64,000 nt of DNA from Eledone cirrhosa (lineage: Eukaryota), in contig OZ024740.1 in NCBI GenBank assembly GCA_964016885.1, positions 406,658,001-406,722,000 on the forward strand. Reading direction: 5' to 3'. Every line of letters begins with the position of its first letter. The first letter of the stretch is position 1. Both the position numbers and the translations under genes were made by a program. The notes beneath the pieces are model-generated. The model did no database searches. It was not told the DNA's origin and saw only the letters and a list, made by a program, of their open reading frames with translations. Below are positions 61,796 to 64,000 of the stretch, piece after piece.

Positions 61796-64000
61796 CATTG
61801 TGGATTCTATTATTAGTTAGTAGTCATTGTGGATTCCATTATTAGTTAGTAGTCATTTTGGATCCCATTATTACTTAGTAGTCATTGTGGATTCCGTTAT
61901 TAGTAAGTAGTCATTAGCTAGTAGTCATTGTCGATTCCGTCATTAGTTAATAGTGGTTAACTACCAGTCATTGTGGATCCGTCATTAGTTAGTAGTCATT
62001 GTGGTTTCCGTTATTAGTTAGTAGTCATTGTAGATTCCGTTATTAGTTAGTAGTCATTGTGGATTCCGTTATCAGTTAGTAGTCATTGTGGATTTCATTA
62101 TTAGTTAGTAGTCATTAGTTCGTAGTCATTGTGGATTCCGTCATTAGTTAGTAATCATTGTGCATTCCGTCATTAGTAGGTAGTCATTCGCTAGTAGTCA
62201 TTGTGGATTCCGTTATTAGTTAGTAGTCATTGTGGATTCCGTTATTAGTTAGTAGCCATTGTGGATTCCGTTATTTGTTAGTAGTCATTAGCTAGTAGTC
62301 ACTGTAGATTCCGTTATTAGTTAGTAGTCATTAGCTAGTAGTCATTTTGGATTCCGTCATTGGTTAGTAGTCATTGTGGATTCCGTTATTAGTTAGTAGT
62401 CATTAACATGTAGTCATTGTAGATTCCGTCATTAGCTAGTAGTCACTGTAGATTCCGTTATTAGTTAGTAGTCATTACCTAGTAGTCATTGTGGATTCCG
62501 TCATTAGCTAGTAGTCATTGTGGATTCCGTCATTAGCTAGTAGTCATTGTGTATTCAGTTATTACTTAGTAGTCATTAGCTAGTAGTCATTGTGGATTTC
62601 ATTATTAGTTATTAGTCATTAGCTAGCAGTCATTGTGGATTCCCTCATTAGTTAATAGTCATTGTGGATTCCGTTATTAGTTAGTAGTCATTAGCTAGTA
62701 GTAATTGTGGATTTCATTATTAGTTAGTAGTCATTGTGGATTCCGTCATTAGTTAGTAGTCATTAGCTAGTAGTCATTAGCTAGTAGTCATTAGCTAGTA
62801 GTCATTAGCTAGTAGTCATTGTGGATTCCGTCGTTCGCTAGTAGACATTGTGGATTCCGTTATTAGTTAGTAGTCATTGTGGATTCCGTCATTAGCTAGT
62901 AGTCATTGTCGATTCCGTTATGAGTTAGTAGTCATTAGCTAGTAGTCATTAGCTAATAGTCATTGTGGATTCCATCATTCGCAAGTAGTCATTATGGATT
63001 CCGTTATTTCTTAGTAGTCATTGTGGATTCCGTTATTAGTTAGTAGTCGTAGTGGATTCCGTCATTAACTAGTAGTCATTGTGGATTCCGTTATTAGTTA
63101 GTAGTCATTAGCTAGTAGTCATTATGGATTCCGTCATTAGTTAGTAGTCATTGTGGATTCCATCATTAGTCAGTAGTCATTAGCTAGTAGTCATTGTGGA
63201 TTCCGTCATTCGTTAAGTAGTCATTGTGGATTCCGTCATAAGCTAGTAGTCGTAGTGGATTCCGTCATTAGTTAGTAGTCATTGTGGATTCCGTCATTAG
63301 TTAGTAGTCACTAGCTAGTTGTCATTGTGGATTCCGTCATTAGTTAGTAGTCATTGTGTATTCCGTTATTAGTTAGTCCTCATTAACTACTAGTCATTGT
63401 GGATCCGTCATTAGTTAGTAGTCATTGTGGATTCCGTTATTAGTTAGTAGTCATTGTGGATTCCGCTATTAGTTAGTAGTCATTAGCTAGTTGTCATTGT
63501 GGATTCCGTCATTAGTTAGTCGTCACTGTGGATTCCGTCATTAGTTAGTAGTCATTGTGGATTCCCTCATTATTTAGTAGTCATTGTGGATTCCGTTATT
63601 AGTTAGTAGTCATTAGCAGTAGTCATTGTGGATTCCGTCATTAGCTGGTAGTCATTGTGGTTTCCGTTATTAGTTAGTAGTCATTAGCTAGTAGTCTTTG
63701 TGGATTCCGTCATTCGCTAGTAGTCATTGTGGATTCCGTTATTAGTTAGTAATCATTGTAGATTCCGTTATTAGTTAGTAGTCGTTGTGGATTCCGTTAT
63801 TAGTTAGTAATCATTGTGGATTCCGTTATTAGTTAGTAATCATTGTGGATTCCGTTATTAGTTAGTAGTCATTGTGGATTCCGTCATTAGCTAGTATTCA
63901 TTGTGGATTCCGTCATTAGCTAGTAGTCATTGTGGATTCCGTCATTAGCTAGTAGTCATTGTGCATTCCGTTATTAGTTAGTTGTCATTAGCTAGTAGTC

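Larger units (their letters stand above)
1..64000. repeat. Tandem satellite DNA array of 29/43-bp monomers made of a 15-bp A subunit (GTCATTGTGGATTCC) and one or more 14-bp B subunits (GTYATTAGYTAGTA); runs off both ends of the window
   Basis: Seen directly on every line. The commonest monomer is gtcattgtggattcc-gttattagttagta (29 bp: 13 T, 7 G, 6 A, 3 C), often followed by an extra gtcattagctagta. Orientation is the same throughout, and the only interruption seen is at 6457-6639. Confidence 0.99.

Noticed and set aside
1-64000. CRISPR array (29-43 bp periodicity)
   Set aside because: There are no unique spacers (the sequence between repeats is itself the repeated B subunit), no leader and no cas genes.
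1-64000. Giant repetitive protein-coding ORF (mucin/adhesin-like) on either strand
   Set aside because: The 29- and 43-bp units are not multiples of 3. The plus strand is dense in TAG and the minus strand in TAA/TGA, so every frame closes quickly. 1-bp indels are tolerated.
1-64000. Plus strand open under a TAA/TAG-reassigned code because the consensus lacks TGA
   Set aside because: Absence of TGA follows trivially from the short consensus. Variants introduce TGA freely (gtgatt, tgagg, gtgaatt), there is no codon-phase constraint, and the SINE suggests an animal nuclear genome.
1-64000. Telomeric or interstitial telomeric repeat (TTAG motifs)
   Set aside because: No runs of TTAGG or TTAGGG; TTAGG appears only in isolated variants such as tttagga.
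1-64000. Variant string as a deliberate information-encoding or diversity-generating system
   Set aside because: The variant order is explained by nested duplication plus point mutation, and there is no associated recombinase, reverse transcriptase or expression signal in the window.

Overview
This window is almost entirely (>99%) one head-to-tail, single-orientation tandem satellite array. It is built from two related short subunits: A = GTCATTGTGGATTCC (15 bp) and B = GTYATTAGYTAGTA (14 bp). These combine as A+B (29 bp), A+B+B (43 bp) and occasionally up to A+5B. The only non-satellite sequence I found is a 183-bp tRNA-derived SINE-like insertion at 6457-6639, with Pol III A/B boxes and a perfect 15-bp target-site duplication. 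From memory it resembles an abundant octopus SINE, which would point to an animal, probably cephalopod, genome; I could not verify this by search. Rare monomer variants act as markers and reveal nested higher-order structure: local 0.1-0.2 kb duplications, near-identical 1.6-2.3 kb tandem duplications, an older ~3.1 kb period, and 8.0 and 9.9 kb spaced duplications. I find no protein-coding gene, CRISPR array or gene-based novel system. The interest lies in the satellite's architecture and the SINE insertion. All alignments were done by eye using marker variants, so block boundaries are approximate.
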